NCBI GenBank assembly: GCA_002269645.1 | Contig: NIVC01003343.1 | Span: 1-64,000, forward strand | Source: Macrostomum lignano | Taxonomy: Eukaryota | DNA: 64,000 nt | Direction: 5' to 3' | Shown: in pieces, positions 48,765 through 62,889 of the stretch | Numbering within the stretch: position 1 is the first letter of the stretch | Layout: each line of letters starts with the position of its first letter | Translations under genes and position numbers: made by a program | Notes under the pieces: model-generated | Databases searched by the model: none | What the model was told of the DNA's origin: nothing | What the model saw: the letters and a program-made list of their open reading frames with translations, nothing else

Positions 48765-51700
48765 TGTTGTTGCAGATGCTTTTTGTTGAATCTTCTGGTT
48801 TATAATGACAATGGCAGACGTTTTTTTTGCTTTGGTAGTTTGTGTGCAACTTTCAATAGTTAGCAAGCAAGCCTTGGATAAATGACATGCAATAATTAAT
48901 TAATAATTATTTAATGTAAAAAAATTATGGGAACCTTGATCTACAGTTACTTATAAAAAAGCAAGCAAAACATTACCATAACTTTGGGTGAATGGCAAAA
49001 GTAACTATGACTCTATTATCAGGACAAAATCCCTTGTCATATAATGTGAGCTTTTTTGCAACTTACCTTGGCTAGGCCCCATCCTAGGCCCTAGGCCCAG
49101 CTGGATTGGCTGGGTGTATGATGTATATTAAGGACTATTTTAGTATATTAAAATTTATCTAAGAATCAAAATTTAATTTATGGTATCTTATTATTTGGAG
49201 AATGACAATAAAACTATAAATTGCATTTTGCAAAGCAGTAATGCAAAATAATCTAAAAGAAATTTAAAAAATGACATATGAAGTAAAAAAATCCACTACA
49301 CAATTCAAACATTATGTTATCTAAAACTTGGAAAATTGGACTTTTTGAGGAAGAATGGCTAATAATAACACTAAAGACAATGTGTACAAAATTTCAACAA
49401 AAACTTCTCTTACTTGACCAAAAAAATTATGATATCATTATGTCATACAACAAAATTCTATGACATAGCATCTAAAACAGCACAAATATTTTTTAAAATC
49501 TGTCTGAATTTCTTAGCTAGACTAGATTGTTAGCAAATTTGTCCATAGATTATGCATAACATATCTCTGTCACAAAATTTATTTGCTGCTAAATTAGACA
49601 GCTTTTATATAGTTTAGAAAAATTTAAAGGCAATGCTAATCCCCGTGGTACTAATTTTTTATTTATCTACTTAGCACATACAAAAAAGCTATCTTATCTA
49701 TATGCTATGAGAATGATTAACTTTTTATCCCCATGGCATACTGACGAGATAGAGCTCTATCTTATAGTATGATGATAAATAATTATATTATATTGAAATA
49801 AAAAACTTGCTACAAATTTAAATTATAAACACTTGAAATTATTCCTAGGCCTACAATACTATAGGGATAAGCACTGCTAAAATAAAGATTTTTAATAAAA
49901 AAAACAATTATTATTGTTGCGGCATTGCAACAATAAAAGACCTTTTTTGCATTGCAACTATATAGCTTAGCTTTTTGCATTTTGAATTTTATATGACATT
50001 GCAGATAAACAATGCTTATAAAAATGCTCTTTTGTTTGCAACCTAAATATATTGTTTGCTTTTTAGTTATTACAGTATTTATGTCTCTCAAAATTTGCAT
50101 ATAACACTCACTTCAAAAATGACAAGTAACACATCATGTTTTTAAATGACTAAAACTTTTTAATATAGTATAGCTATTACATAGCTTTGACTATGCAATC
50201 TATCCATAGTCTGGATCATGTTGGTTGCATGCCCGAACAAAAATTGATAGTTATAAATGCATGTCAAAAAATTAAATGCAAGCCCATTCTTAAAACTCTG
50301 CTGGTGTTCCAACAATAAATGACATTTTTTCATTGCACAATAGACCCTTCTTGACAGATAATTTGGTTATTTTTTCTGCTTTTTTGGCAATACTATTTAC
50401 AGTAGAAAATTGAAACCATACATACACAACCTTGGGAATCATTCAGCCATTTCTATTGGCAACATACACATGTAAGTTGCTATTGGCTAAGAGCAATCAC
50501 GTGACTACTATTCTGTCCAATAATGATTTACATGTGTGTGTTGCCAATAGAAATAGCCAGGTAAATCCATAGGTTGTGCCAAAGCATGATTGATAAATGC
50601 AAAAAATTGTTTAAATGCCTTATAATGAGCTTAAAAACCCGGAAAATGAGAATTTTATGCTTAAAAATGAACTTTTTATATTTTTTTCTATTTCACAATA
50701 ACTCTTCTGCATGATTCTATAAAGTACACACAAGATGTATTTTCTTAGGATTGATACACGCCAACAGTACAAGCCTTTTTTGGCATGCAAGGCCAATGCA
50801 TGCCTGAATTTTTGGGCGCATAATACATGATCTAGAGTGTGACAGTCTATAGTGTCATGCATTTTTACCTTTTTTATACATTGTGCTATTGCACAAAGCA
50901 TGCCAAAAAACTTTGCCAACTCCTTGATACATGCCATATATGTGGTAGTACATTGCTTGGGACCTTTTAGCATAGAGTTTTTCCCTGAAAACTGCATCCT
51001 TAGGAGTATAGGCCTAACATAGAATGCCTTTAAAGCATTTTGTACAAAATTTAAATTTCCAAATACAAGTCTATCTCTACATATCTCTACATATAAAAAT
51101 CAAAACTGTTTGTCTATGTGTGTATACAATTTTGATCACTATGGACTCCCAAACCGCTCAACCAAATTACATCAAACTTTACACCCACCCTAAACTCACT
51201 ATGGAGAATGTCTTAGGCTACTTTTAAATTTCCTAGACTCAAGTCTTCCTACCTAAAAGTACAAAAAACTGCTCAAAATGCACGATTTTTGCACTAAATC
51301 CTCCATAGCAAAGCTCTACTTCTACTGATTCTCTTCAAATTTGACACAGACAATCTTCAACTATTTTGGCACAATCATGTAAAATTTTGAGTCTCTAAGT
51401 TAATCCTGAGCATTGCTGTGCACTTTTAAAGTTAGGCTGTTTTTTCAGCATAGCAACCACCCCAACCTCTGCCCGCCTGCCTCTCTTTCCTGATCCTGAT
51501 CTGGGCCCAGATGTGTAAAAGGGTTTCAAAATTGACTAACTTTCAGCTGCCATAAGTTTGTTCCACATAAAGCGATTGACTTTAAACTGACACAATTCTT
51601 CATTGACTCATTCCTTATCTAAATGTAAAGTTTCAACTTTCTAACTTAATAAGAACAGAAACTGTAAGCATGTGAAATTTGTCTGCTTTTTTTATTGTTT

Positions 51701-52289
51701 GTGCCATTCACTCACTCATTTCTCCAGAGCCAGACGAAAGGTCAGGCGATAGGACTAAATGTACATGGCAATGTATAGTATTTTGGAATAGCTTTGTATA
51801 TGGCCTTTTCTGCATCCCTGTGGAGAGGCTACGTTTAGCCATCCATAACAGTTTAGTGAGAAATTCTAACCACTGTCTTCTGTATAGGCAAACTCTGCAA
51901 TAGTTTAACAGTGGATGGCAATAGGCAAATCAAGGCAAAAGATTTACGAAAAGGCGATACAATGCAATACAACCCTACTAAATTAGGCACACCATGGAAA
52001 TTTTCTTTTAAAGGTACTTTAAAATTTAAATGGCCTCCTAAGAAATGCATATTTCCTTGGTTGTTAGACTGATGCAGACTGCAGTGGAGCTGAAAATACA
52101 CAAATTCTTTTCAGGGCTTGCAAATTGGCAAGAAAGATAATATGATCAAGGGATGAGAACAGCCATGAGAGTACTATGTCCTACAAACTGGCTTTCTAAG
52201 CAGGAATGAGCAGACTTTTACCTCAAAGGCCAGAAAAGAATCCAGCTAATGGCTGAGGGGGCAGTTGAGAGTGGAGAAAAGGAATAGAC

Positions 52290-53265
52290 TATTTGAAAAG
52301 AGAGGAGAGGTGAGAGAGGGAATAAGAGAAAAGATAAAAGATAATAGGAAAGATGAGAGAGTGAGGACAATGAGAGGAGAGAGTATAAGAGCGAGTAGAG
52401 AGGAGAGAGTAGAGAGTTGCAGATGAGAGAGTAGAGAGAAGAGCAGAGAGGAGTTAGTAAAGAGGAGAAAGTAAAGATGAGAGAGTAAATGGAAGAGAGA
52501 AGAGATAGGTAGGTTGTATAGATGAGAGAGGTATAAGGAGAGATAAGAAATGAGAGATGAGAGATAAAGGAGGGGAGTGGAGAGAGAAGAGACAAGACAA
52601 GAGAGAGAGAGTATATAGAAGAGGGAAGAGAAGAGAAAAAAGGAGAAAAGGAAAGTGAGGAGACAAAAGAGGGGAAAGAAAAGAGCACAGAGGACAGAAT
52701 GAGAGAACATATAACACAGTAAAGATGACAGATGAAAGAGGGGGATGAGCTGAGAGCAGAGACGAAAATGAACAGAAGACAGATGGGAAAGTAGATAGAA
52801 CAGAGGAGAGATAAGAGACAAGAGATTACAGAGACAAGAGGAAAGACAAAGGGAGAGAGAAGTGAATGAGGCAAGAGGAGAGAAAAGAGGAGAATGGAAG
52901 GGAAAGAGTAGAGAAAAGAAAGATGGGAGAGGAGAGATAAGAGAGAGGGGAAAGCAGAGAGAAATGAAGAGATAGAAAAGAAGAGAGAGAAAAGAAAGGA
53001 GAGATCAGAGAGCAAACAAAGACAAGAGAGAAGAGAGGTGAAGGAAAAGACAAGAGAAGAGTGGGAGGAGAGGAAAGAGAAAAGAAGATAAAAGAAGATA
53101 AAAGAGATGAGATAAGAGATCAAAAAGAAGAGAAATGAGGGTAGATACAATAGAAGAAAGGAGAGAGGAAAGAGGAAAAAGAGAAGAGAGGAGAGGAGAG
53201 AGAGCAGAGAGAAGAGACAAGAGACAAGAGAGAAGAGAGGAAATAGAAGAGAAGATAGAAGTTTC
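52290..53265. repeat. Purine-rich (GA) low-complexity tract of about 1 kb
   Basis: Almost exclusively A/G on the + strand. Confidence 0.95.
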
Positions 53266-53338
53266 AAAGGATCCAAGGGACGTAGGGAGAGTCAGAGGCA
53301 GAGGCCAGAGTTTGCCAATACATGTTTTAGGGTCAAAT

Positions 53339-53519
53339 CAGGGACTACTCAAACACTGGGACAGAAAACTAAAATTTTTTTACGAGGCTGGCTAGCAATT
53401 ATTTTCATTAAAGAGATGCTATGCTACTTTGTTGTGTATGGTTATTTTCTACTGCTGATGATAGACCAGCCTTGTAAAAAAAATTCTAGTTTCCCATCCC
53501 GGTGTTTGAGTAGTCCCTG
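53339..53519. mobile_element. hAT MITE, 181 bp
   Basis: About 55-bp imperfect TIRs beginning CAGGGACTACTCAAACAC; exact 8-bp TSD GGTCAAAT at 53331-53338 and 53520-53527. Confidence 0.92.
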
Positions 53520-54564
53520 GGTCAAATAGACATTAATTGCCTATTTAAACTAAAAAGCACCCTAGCCAACAAACAATAGGCCTATCATTGATAGTATCAA
53601 TGTTTGCCTCAAATTCTAATTGTACACAAATGTACTCTATTTTGTTTACCTTTATCTTACTAACTAACTATTAACAAGTTTTTGTTTCAGTATGACAGTA
53701 TGGGCTGATTTCCAAGAATACATCCAAAAATAGTTCCGGGGATTGAATTTCCCCGGGTTCAAATTCTACGGGTTTTAACAGCTTGTTGCTATATATATAT
53801 ATTAGGAGGTAAGGAAGCAAATTTCATTTAGGTGTATACCAGTACAAAATCCTGACATAGGGGATATGCCTTTGATAAGCCTAGGCCTATAATAATGAAT
53901 TGACATTTTAAATTAGGCAAAAAACTATTTTTTGCTACCTTGCCTTTATTGACAGTGCTGTCTAGTAAATAATAATGAAGGCAATAAAAAAAATAGCAAT
54001 GCAAAGCTAGGAGCTAAATATTTTGATGCTTTAATCTGTAAGAGAAATAAAAAATAAAGATGCCTGTAAAAAGGAACAAAAATAGAAGCCAGTTAATGTC
54101 ACTAAAAAACAATAACCTCTGCATTGACAGCGGACAAGGACCAGAAATAAAACTTAAACACGGCATTTCTTGATAAAAAAAGGTGAACTGTTGCTTTTAT
54201 AGAGGTGAATTAATCATTAATCAACGTCGAGCCGCAAAAAGACAAGATTGGTTAAGATGACTGTTTTGTGAGCAACGCAAATTCAATAATTTACCGTGCT
54301 TAAAAAACACGGTCAGCCATTTTGTTTTTAAAGGTTATAACAAAACAAAACTTTTTAATCAAGAAGTTTATTGTTTCTTTTATTGTATTTCTAATTAGCT
54401 AAAAGAAGAAAAGAAATTAGGTTTTTTTTCAAAGTATGAGTCATACATAAAATATTTGTGTTTTTATTACAGGTTTAACTTTCGTAATCAAAATCTTTTT
54501 TAGATTGTATCGTCATTGTTTGTCCTTAATAAACTTGTGGTGTTATCGTTAATAAGTTCTGTTC

Positions 54565-57500
54565 ATGGTTTCCATGGTCGCTTTTAACCCTAAAGGTAAT
54601 TTTTTTTGCATTTCAGTTGTTATATGCATATTTTTTCGTACCTGTGTATTGTTATGTTAAACAGTTATAGGCCTAGTCCAGAAAGCATACTATACAAGTT
54701 TATATTTAAAAATTAAATGAAAGAAAACAACTAAAATATAATTTTGCAACAAAGAATTGGCGGTATATTTAATATAAGAGATGATTTTGGCATGCTTTGA
54801 ACATAAAATTAGTATGAATTTTCTCGAGTTTATGTGGTTTTAAAAAACTTAAAAATCCTTCAAAATCCATCTTTTTGAATAAAATAAAAAGTAGAGCACA
54901 TAATACATTTGATATTTGTAAGTAGTGAAAAATAGCCTTCTCTAAGGTCCATAAGTCCTCAAATTAATTGTTTATTAACAAAAAATAGAAACAAGAAATT
55001 GCAAATTGGTCAACTTGGATTTTTAAAAGGAAGTGCTATGCTTATCCCCACAGTCCCATGCTGATAATTCCAATTTTATCCACACAGATCTGTGTCAATA
55101 ATTTTCAGCTTATCTCCACGGCTAAGATTGTGCAGTTTTTTGTGTTTAGTTTTGTGTATTGACATTAAATCGATATTGTCATTATTATTAGTAATATTAT
55201 ATCATTATTATTATATAGGCCTATTGAAATTTGAATTTTGCAAGTCTCATTCGCCTCAATCTTTGGGTCATTTGGTAATTCTAAGCAAATTTAAAATTAA
55301 CCCTTTTACAATGATGAAAGTTTTAACAAAGTACTCAATATTGTTCTGTATTCAATACATGTAGTTTATTTGGAAGATTTGTAAAACAGTGAAAACAAAA
55401 AGACATCTTAAAAGATTAATTTTAAGGTTCTTTATTCCAATAAGCTGCTGTGGGGATAAGCTAGAAATTTTTGACATGGATCTGTGTGGATAAAATTGGA
55501 ATTATCAGGATGAGACCATGGAGATAAGCACTTCCTTTTTAAAATGCTGTTTTGTTGTTTTTTACCTATTTATTCAATGATATAAAACATGAAAACAATA
55601 TTTTTATCCAGAACCATTTTTAAAGACTTTTTAGACTTTCTAAAAAAAAGCTTTTTTTAGATAAACCTACATTACCTTTCATTGAATGTCTACAGATTTG
55701 TTTTACCATTTACCATTTTGCCATATATTATAGTATCCACTAGAATGAAAATTGCTTCCCTAACTCATGTATGCTTATGTATTGTAGTAGTGCTTCAATA
55801 CTGTACGAATTTTGAGCAATAAAGGTATGTTTTCTTAGAAACTAAACTCGTGCAAAATACTAGATAAATATTTTGTTTTACTGTACCGAATATTTTTGTT
55901 TTACTGCGCGAAATAAATTGGGGAATTATTTTTTTGTTTTAATTGTATGGGGGGGAAACCACTATATATAGGAGCGATTTTATAGCAAATAAACCAACTG
56001 TCTGATACCTGTGAGCTATATTGCGAACAAAACAAGCAGTTCGATCTAAACCTTTCAAAGTCTTTGAGTTGAATAGCGACTTATTCATTTGCAAAACCTG
56101 TGAAACGATTCTAAGAAATTTGCTAAGAGAAGGGAAATTGGGACTAATTCTTGGAGATATACTAAGAGAGGCGCCGTGACCCTCTAGTCTCGGTAACGCC
56201 CGATTAGGACTATTCACTAATACATATACCAGTACTAGACCGCTCAGGCCATAAGCTACCAGAACGCTACCAGAAAGCAAGCCATACGCTACCAGAGACG
56301 CTACTAAGAACGCTACCCAGAAATATTTAAATGAAATTCTAAGAAATAGTTAGGGAGTAGAAACAAGTATAATCAGGATAACTGTAGGAATAATACCTGT
56401 CACAGCTGGTGGCAATAGTGGGATATTTAATAAACGCTAATAGTTAGAAGTTTAGAAAGACAGAGCCAGAAGGCCTGTCACAGTATGCTAGTAGACTTTT
56501 ATTGCACATGAAAATATGCCAAAACTAAAATGAAAAATTATGAGTAATATTTTAAGATATTAAAGAAATGATTAGCAAAAACTAATTAGTTTCTTGTAAA
56601 GAACCTATTTTAAGTTAACTATCTTTGTTTTACTTTTAGCTTTTCTCAACTATAATTTTTTATTAATTTTTAGAAGGGCAAACTATTCTTTTTGATCTAA
56701 ATGTAGCTACTTTAATATGTGCATAGAGATTGTGCCAAACTTAAACTTAATCATTTTTTGTATGCTATTTGTATGCTAATTGTATACATTGATTGGGACT
56801 TAGAACTTGGAACTTGGTACTTGGTACAGTTAAGCTGAGATTCATGCTCAACTTTCATCAGCTTATAGGTCTTAGCAATCATTTACCTATAGTCATTTTG
56901 CAGCATTCACTGCAGCTAGTTACCCATTTATCAGCTACTTTTTCAATATTTTGTTAATGTGTTGACATGCTATAGGTTTATAGTTAGGCTCTTGCTACAT
57001 TTTAGTTTATAACTTTTGCTTCCATTGTGTGTTCTTAATGATTCCAAACTTACTATGAAGAAAAGAGTTGTTGCTATAAATCTGTGAAAAATGAGGTCAT
57101 TTTGGGTCAACAGAATGAGAGATATAATCAAAAGTAATACTACTTTTGGGATAGCCCTTGTAATATCTAAATGAGTCAGCAATGTAAAAGTATACTATTT
57201 GACTATTTTGACTATATAACTATAACTATTTTTGACTATATAACTATAGCATAGTTGCAATACTATTAGAGCAAAAATAAATTTAAACATTGAGAAAGAC
57301 CCCCCAGTGACATGAACCAGCTGCAGCTGCTTTATCTCTTAAAGTACATCTTAAATTACTTATATAAACATCTTATATAAAAGTAAAATAATTGTTTTCT
57401 TTGTCATTGTCTAATACAGTAAGAAGCAAAATGTATTGTTGTACCTGTGTTTGTCCTGCTGTACAGCGCAGTGACTTAGGCTTCATCCTCTCACTTAGAA

Positions 57501-60500
57501 GCCTTCTTAACTTTAGTAGCATAGGTAGTGCTACCACCAGTTCCTTCAGGTCTCGGCCTTCGGTGAGGTGAGCTTCCCGTCGGAACGAAATAATGAAGTC
57601 AACGAACACAGCACGACGTGCAGATTTGCAGCTCAACGTATAAGGCGTCTCGTCAGCAGTACCTGCCGGGCTAGGATGGTAGAGGGAGGGCTGAGTTAGC
57701 CTCTCGTAGACTTGGGTTGACTTGTTCGGGTTTCAGTCGGAGCAATAGGAATAGAGTCAATATGCGCAAAGGCTCGGACACTTGGGGATTTGGTCACACG
57801 CAGACGTAGAACTCGAGGTTGAACAGAAAGAAGACTCCTTGACGGAAACAAGGGGGAGAGAGCTCCTATTTATAGCCGGGAAACACCCACGCAGAAGACC
57901 TCGTGACTTGTTCTATTTTTAGAACTGACGTCACTCGAGAGTCTTGGGCAGGGTACAAGCGTGCGGAAGACCTCGTGACTTGTTCTATTTTTAGAACTGA
58001 CGTCACTTGAGGTCCCCGGCCAGAGTACACGCGGCTGTGACTCAGTTGCTATTTTTAGCAACATGAGTCACTCCTCTCCTTAGAGAAGGGGAGGGTCCGA
58101 AAGCACGTGACTCACCTGGTAAACAGGGCCAACGAGTGCAGTAAACATGTTTACTGCACTTTAAGACTCAAAGAACGCAAGAACTGTCATGTGACTTGCT
58201 CACAAGACAGGGAAAACGGGACGGGAGCAAAACAGAGACAGCCCACAGCTGAGAGGCTGGGGGCTGAGAACAGAGACGCAGAAGGCCAGAACAGGCCACG
58301 GGCAGCAACAGACAAACGAAAGGGAGGGGCGGGAAGCTGACCAGCGGCAGACAGCAACCCAGGGCGGAGGCGAGGGAACAGCTGACAAGGGCGACGCCTA
58401 ACCATAAACTAGCGGCTCACTACAGTATATTTGTATAGTCATAGGAAGAAATTTCATTTACATTAATAGTTACATTAAGTAAGCTAAATGTTAATGACAA
58501 GAACCACTAGAAGTTACTATTGTATCAATATACTAATAGAATGTTTATTTATTTTTAGAGTTTATAAAATATCTTATTAATTGCATTGCATTGCATATAT
58601 AAGCAATATAAATCAATAGAAGAGTAATATAGATCTATATTATTTATAACATAGCCCCTATTAGCAGATCTGCTAAACAAAGTCTTATTACTTTATATTG
58701 TATATTAAACTATGCATTTCTTTGATTAGGCTAGCATTTTGTCTTGCTTAGAATCTAGTGCAAATACACTCTTTTGATTTTTGCTATTATAGATTCATCC
58801 TTCAAGCTATCCTGAAATTAAACGATTGCATAGTCACTGATATAATAAATAGCCTTGCATTATTGTGGTAAAGAAGATAGGTCTCTATTCTTTGTACCCT
58901 TTCTTGTAAATAGTGGACTTAAATAATAAAGGTTTTTTCTTTGAATTCTTCATAAAAAAGAAAAAGAAAAACATTACTTCATTTATAATACTGGTTGCCA
59001 TGATTAAATAGTAAAAAATAATTTCCATTGACTAATTCCCAACTAACCTCTTGCCATCTGTAATACGAAACAGGTCGCACAGCGCTGGGACTGTGCTGCA
59101 TTTTGACCATCATTGGTGCATCGTTGGGTAACAAAATTCAACTGCAAGCACCCAACGGTGATCCTGTAGCCAGCTACAAGGCCGCTCTGTATTGGAACAC
59201 TGGGCGAGTTGTGATTGATCCGCCTATTCGAGCTGTGTTCCATCATCAAGACCATGGTCACAGCTCAACTGATTTTATCTGTGGCTTCAAGTTGCACCAG
59301 CGAGATAGCGTTGCACCGCCTGTGGAAATCCATTTGAGCAATCCGGTGCTTGGTACTGGGCGTCTGTTTGCTAAGGATGGCGTGAATCTGTCTGTGTACG
59401 ATGGCAAAGGTAAATTCTTCTCAATAATAAGTTCGCTTTGTGTACTTCAAGGCTTGCTGTATACTTGAGAGAAAATGTTACATTAGGAGGTTGTAAAGCG
59501 TCGACTCACGACTTGAAGGTCGGGGGTTCGATTCCCGACGATCCCACTCGAAACAATTTGTGTCCTTGAGCAAGACACTCAACTCCGCATTGCTTCAGTT
59601 CACCCAGCTGTAAAATGGGTGCCAGCATTAGCTGGGGTAATTGAGGCTGTGTGTGGCGAGCCCCCAGTCCTTGGACTAAACAGCTGTTATTATTATATGT
59701 ACTTTAAGAGATAGAGCAGCTGGTTCACGTCACTGGGGGGGGGCTATTTTTAGACAAGTCTTTCTTAATGCTTAATCCTAATCACTAGATAAACAATCCC
59801 CAATGAAAAAATATACATTTCTAATTTTCTAGACAAAGCTAGTGCCAATGAAACTTCGAGTCCAACCGGCGTGTATTTTGACTTCGACATCTCGGCATTC
59901 GATTGCAATGGGCCTAAACTGCAGCGCCAGTCAGCTCGGGTGCCTGTGATGCTGCGCCTGACTGAGTGGGAGACACCAAAGTTCAGTCATCCCTCCTACG
60001 CCGCCATTGTGGCCCAGAACTCGCCTATCGGCACTGAAGTGTTGCGAGTTGCAGCTTCTGAACAGCACGCATCGGCCAGTGTTTGCCGATACGAGATTGA
60101 GAACGACCCCCTGGCAGTTGCTTCTTCTGGAGCTGATGGTGGTCCGCCTGCGGCTGTGCCGTTTGATATCGATGGCCATGGTGCGTTTGCAGTTGCTAAT
60201 GGCTCACGACTGCAAGGGTCTCAAGAACTGAGCTGAAGTGCTAGTTGTCTTTAGATAGACGTCTGTTGCCTCCAGATGGAGTTGAGGTTGTATAGATGAA
60301 TATCGTTGTATCTAGATAGATTTTATTGTCTCTAGATACATTTTAGTGCCTCTAGATGTGTCAGGGTCTTTAGATGGGAGTCAGTGTCTCTAGATGTGTC
60401 AGTGTCTTTAGATGGGAGTCAGTGTCTCTAGATGGGAGTCAGTGTCTTTAGATATGCGTCAGTGTCTCTAAATGGATATCAGTGTCTCTAGATAGAAGTC

Positions 60501-62509
60501 AATGTCTATAGATAAAAGTCAGTGTCTCTAGATGGGATTAAGTGTCTCTACATGGGAGTTAGTGTCTCTAGATGGGAGTCAGTGTCTCTAGATGGGAGTC
60601 AGTGTCTCTAGATGGGAGTTAGTGTCTCTAGATGGGAGTCAGTGTCTCTAGATGGGAGTCAGTGTCTCTAGATGGGAGTCAGTGTCTCTAGATGGGAGTC
60701 TGTCTTTAGATGGGAGTCAATGTCTCTAGATGAGTGTCAGTGTCTCTAGATGGGTGTCAGTGTCTCTAGATGGGAGTCAGTGTCTCTAGATGGGAGTCAG
60801 TGTCTCTAGATGGGAGTCAGTGTCTCTAGATGGAAGTCAGTGTCTCTAGATAGCGGTCAGTGTCTCTAGATGGGAGTCAGTGTCTCTAGATGGGAGTCAG
60901 TGTCTCTAGATGGAAGTCAGTGTCTTTAGATAGGCGTCAGTGTCTCTAAATGGGAGTCAGTGTCTCTAGATGAGTGTCAGTGTCTCTAGATGAGTGTCAG
61001 TGTCTCTAGATGGATGTCAGTGTCTCTAGATGAAAGTCAGTGTCTCTAGATGGATGTCAGTGTCTCTAGATGAAAGTCAGTGTCTCTAGATGGATGTCAG
61101 TGTCTAGATGAAAGTCAGTGTCTCTAGATAGGGAGTCAAAGTCTCTGGATAAATTTCAGGTTTTTTACGTGAATCTAGTCTGTAGTGAATTTAAAAAATA
61201 AATTTTTATAATTTGCCTATTTGAAAGTCATTTTTGGGTCACTTCGGGTAAGAAGAGTGATGATTATGTCTTTAGATGTATGATGATATGCTGGCTAATC
61301 TGTATCTCTAGACTAGATAGAGATCATTATCTAAAAGTGTAGACCCGCCATGTGATGAAAAGCCTAACTAGCTCTTCTCGACTAACTCTTACAAAGAATG
61401 TTAATTAGTAAACTAGGGGTTGGAGTGGCGCTAAATCTTATTTATAAAGCTAATGTGCCTGAGTAGTGCTATTGTAAAACTTTTCGGAAGAGCAGTTTCT
61501 AAGGAAACGAACCTTTGCTGTTAATTAGAAGTGACTCAAGCTTAATTAGCTAAATGAGTCTGAGACTACAGCATGCATAGTAATGGATTTTCGCTGCCTT
61601 TTTTCAGCAAGACTTTTTTGAAAATATAAGCTAAAAAGCAGATGCCATACCCTCTGAGTGCTCAATCCTTGATTAGCAGATGCCATACCCTCTGAGTGCT
61701 CAATCCTTGATTAGCAGATGCCATACCCTCTGAGTGCTCAATCCTTGATGAGCAGATACCATTCCCTCTGAGTGCTCAATCCTTGATTAGCAGATGCCAT
61801 ACCCTCTGAGTGCTCAATCCTTGATTAGCAGATGCCATACCCTCTGAGTGCTCAATCCTTGATGAGCAGATGCCATACCCTCTGAGTGCTCAATCCTTGA
61901 TGAGCAGATGCCATACCCTCTGAGTGCTCAATCCTTGATGAGCAGATGCCATACCCTCTGAGTGCTCAATCCTTGATTAGCAGATGCCATACCCTCTGAG
62001 TGCTCAATCCTTGATGAGCAGATGCCATTCCCTCTGAGTGCTCAATCCTTGATGAGCAGATACCATTCCCTCTGAGTGCTCAATCCTTGATGAGCAAATG
62101 CCATACCCTCTCCTGAGTGCTGAATCCTTGATGAGCAGATGCCATACCCTCTGAGTGCTCAATCCTTGATTAGCAGATGCCATACCCTCTGAGTGCTCAA
62201 TCCTTGATGAGCAGATGCCATACCCTCTGAGTGCTCAATCCTTGATGAGCAGATGCCATACCCTCTCCTGAGTGCTCAACCACCGTTGCCAATTTTCAGG
62301 TTCAATCTATCTGAAAACGCCACTGGTTGCCAAGACAACCAAGCAACGCTTTCACCTGCGAGTAACCGCCAGCGATTGCAGCGTACCGGAGTCGCGGAAA
62401 TCTTCAGTTAGTGTTATTATTGTTGTCCAACCTGCTTCTGGAGTTGCGGCTAACAACACTGAACATCGTGACACTGCAAAACCGACTACCCTGTCTGCTA
62501 AATGGTTGA
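54565..62509 (+). CDS. CLSTN: Calsyntenin-like cadherin (5' part); putative exons 54565-54595, 59074-59409, 59833-60180, 62300-62509; continues beyond the window
   Basis: VVIDPPIRA, ICGFKLH, FDISAFDC, PKFSHPSYAAIV, VCRYEI, VPFDIDGHG|SI and LRVTASDC follow the calsyntenin two-cadherin pattern as I recall it. All junctions are phase 1 GT-AG. The first mini-exon (MVSMVAFNPKG) is a guess that completes a signal peptide. Confidence 0.7.
55021..55544. mobile_element. MITE-like element with about 100-bp imperfect terminal inverted repeats
   Basis: TTTTAAAAGGAAGTGCT...CTGATAATTCCAATTTTATCCACACAGATC mirrored at 55441-55544. Confidence 0.75.
57437..58424 (-). mobile_element. Solo LTR (988 bp) of a second family
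   Basis: Minus strand TGTAGTGAG...GTACAACA; exact 4-bp TSD GTAT at 57433-57436 and 58425-58428; minus-strand TATAAATA near 57870; internal about 67-bp direct duplication at about 57894-58006. Confidence 0.7.
59488..59690 (+). mobile_element. tRNA-derived CORE-like SINE, copy 4 (calsyntenin intron)
   Basis: Same head, B box and CORE-like segment as copy 1. Confidence 0.85.
60330..61140. repeat. 20-bp minisatellite in a calsyntenin intron, about 40 copies
   Basis: Unit GTCAGTGTCTCTAGATGGGA with a variable 4-5-nt patch. Confidence 0.95.
61637..62278. repeat. 38-bp minisatellite ending about 20 bp before a splice acceptor, about 17 copies
   Basis: Unit AGCAGATGCCATACCCTCTGAGTGCTCAATCCTTGAT(T/G). 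Confidence 0.96.
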
Positions 62510-62889
62510 GTAAGTCGCTAATATCGATTCTTATTATTATTATTAGGGTTAGATGAGAGAAGATTATAGGGGAGAGAGAAGAGGTGAGAGATGAGAAAAT
62601 ACCCTATTTAAAGGACCCAAGTCAACAATAAAATCAATTTAGGCTTGCGCAGTAGAAGAGAGCTCTGAATATATATAATAGAGCGCCTGAGATGAGAGTT
62701 TGGAAATTTGATTTTTATTCTGTGACTGTCTCCAGAGACTGCAAGATATCCGACAGCAAAGTGGATTAGAGAATTGAGCTGCCACTGACTGTGGCCTCGA
62801 ATTGATGCACTCGAACAGTTTATTGAACTTTTATATAGGTTTTTGTCTGCTGGTTGCTGACAGTAAACTGTCTAGTGCTTTATTTTAGT

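Noticed and set aside
52218-53276. 352-aa hydrophobic 'membrane protein' ORF and overlapping ORFs
   Set aside because: Complement of a GA-rich low-complexity tract; only L/S/F/P codons.
61637-62278. Hammerhead ribozyme array (TTGATGAG resembles CTGATGA)
   Set aside because: No GAAA core or closing helices in the unit.
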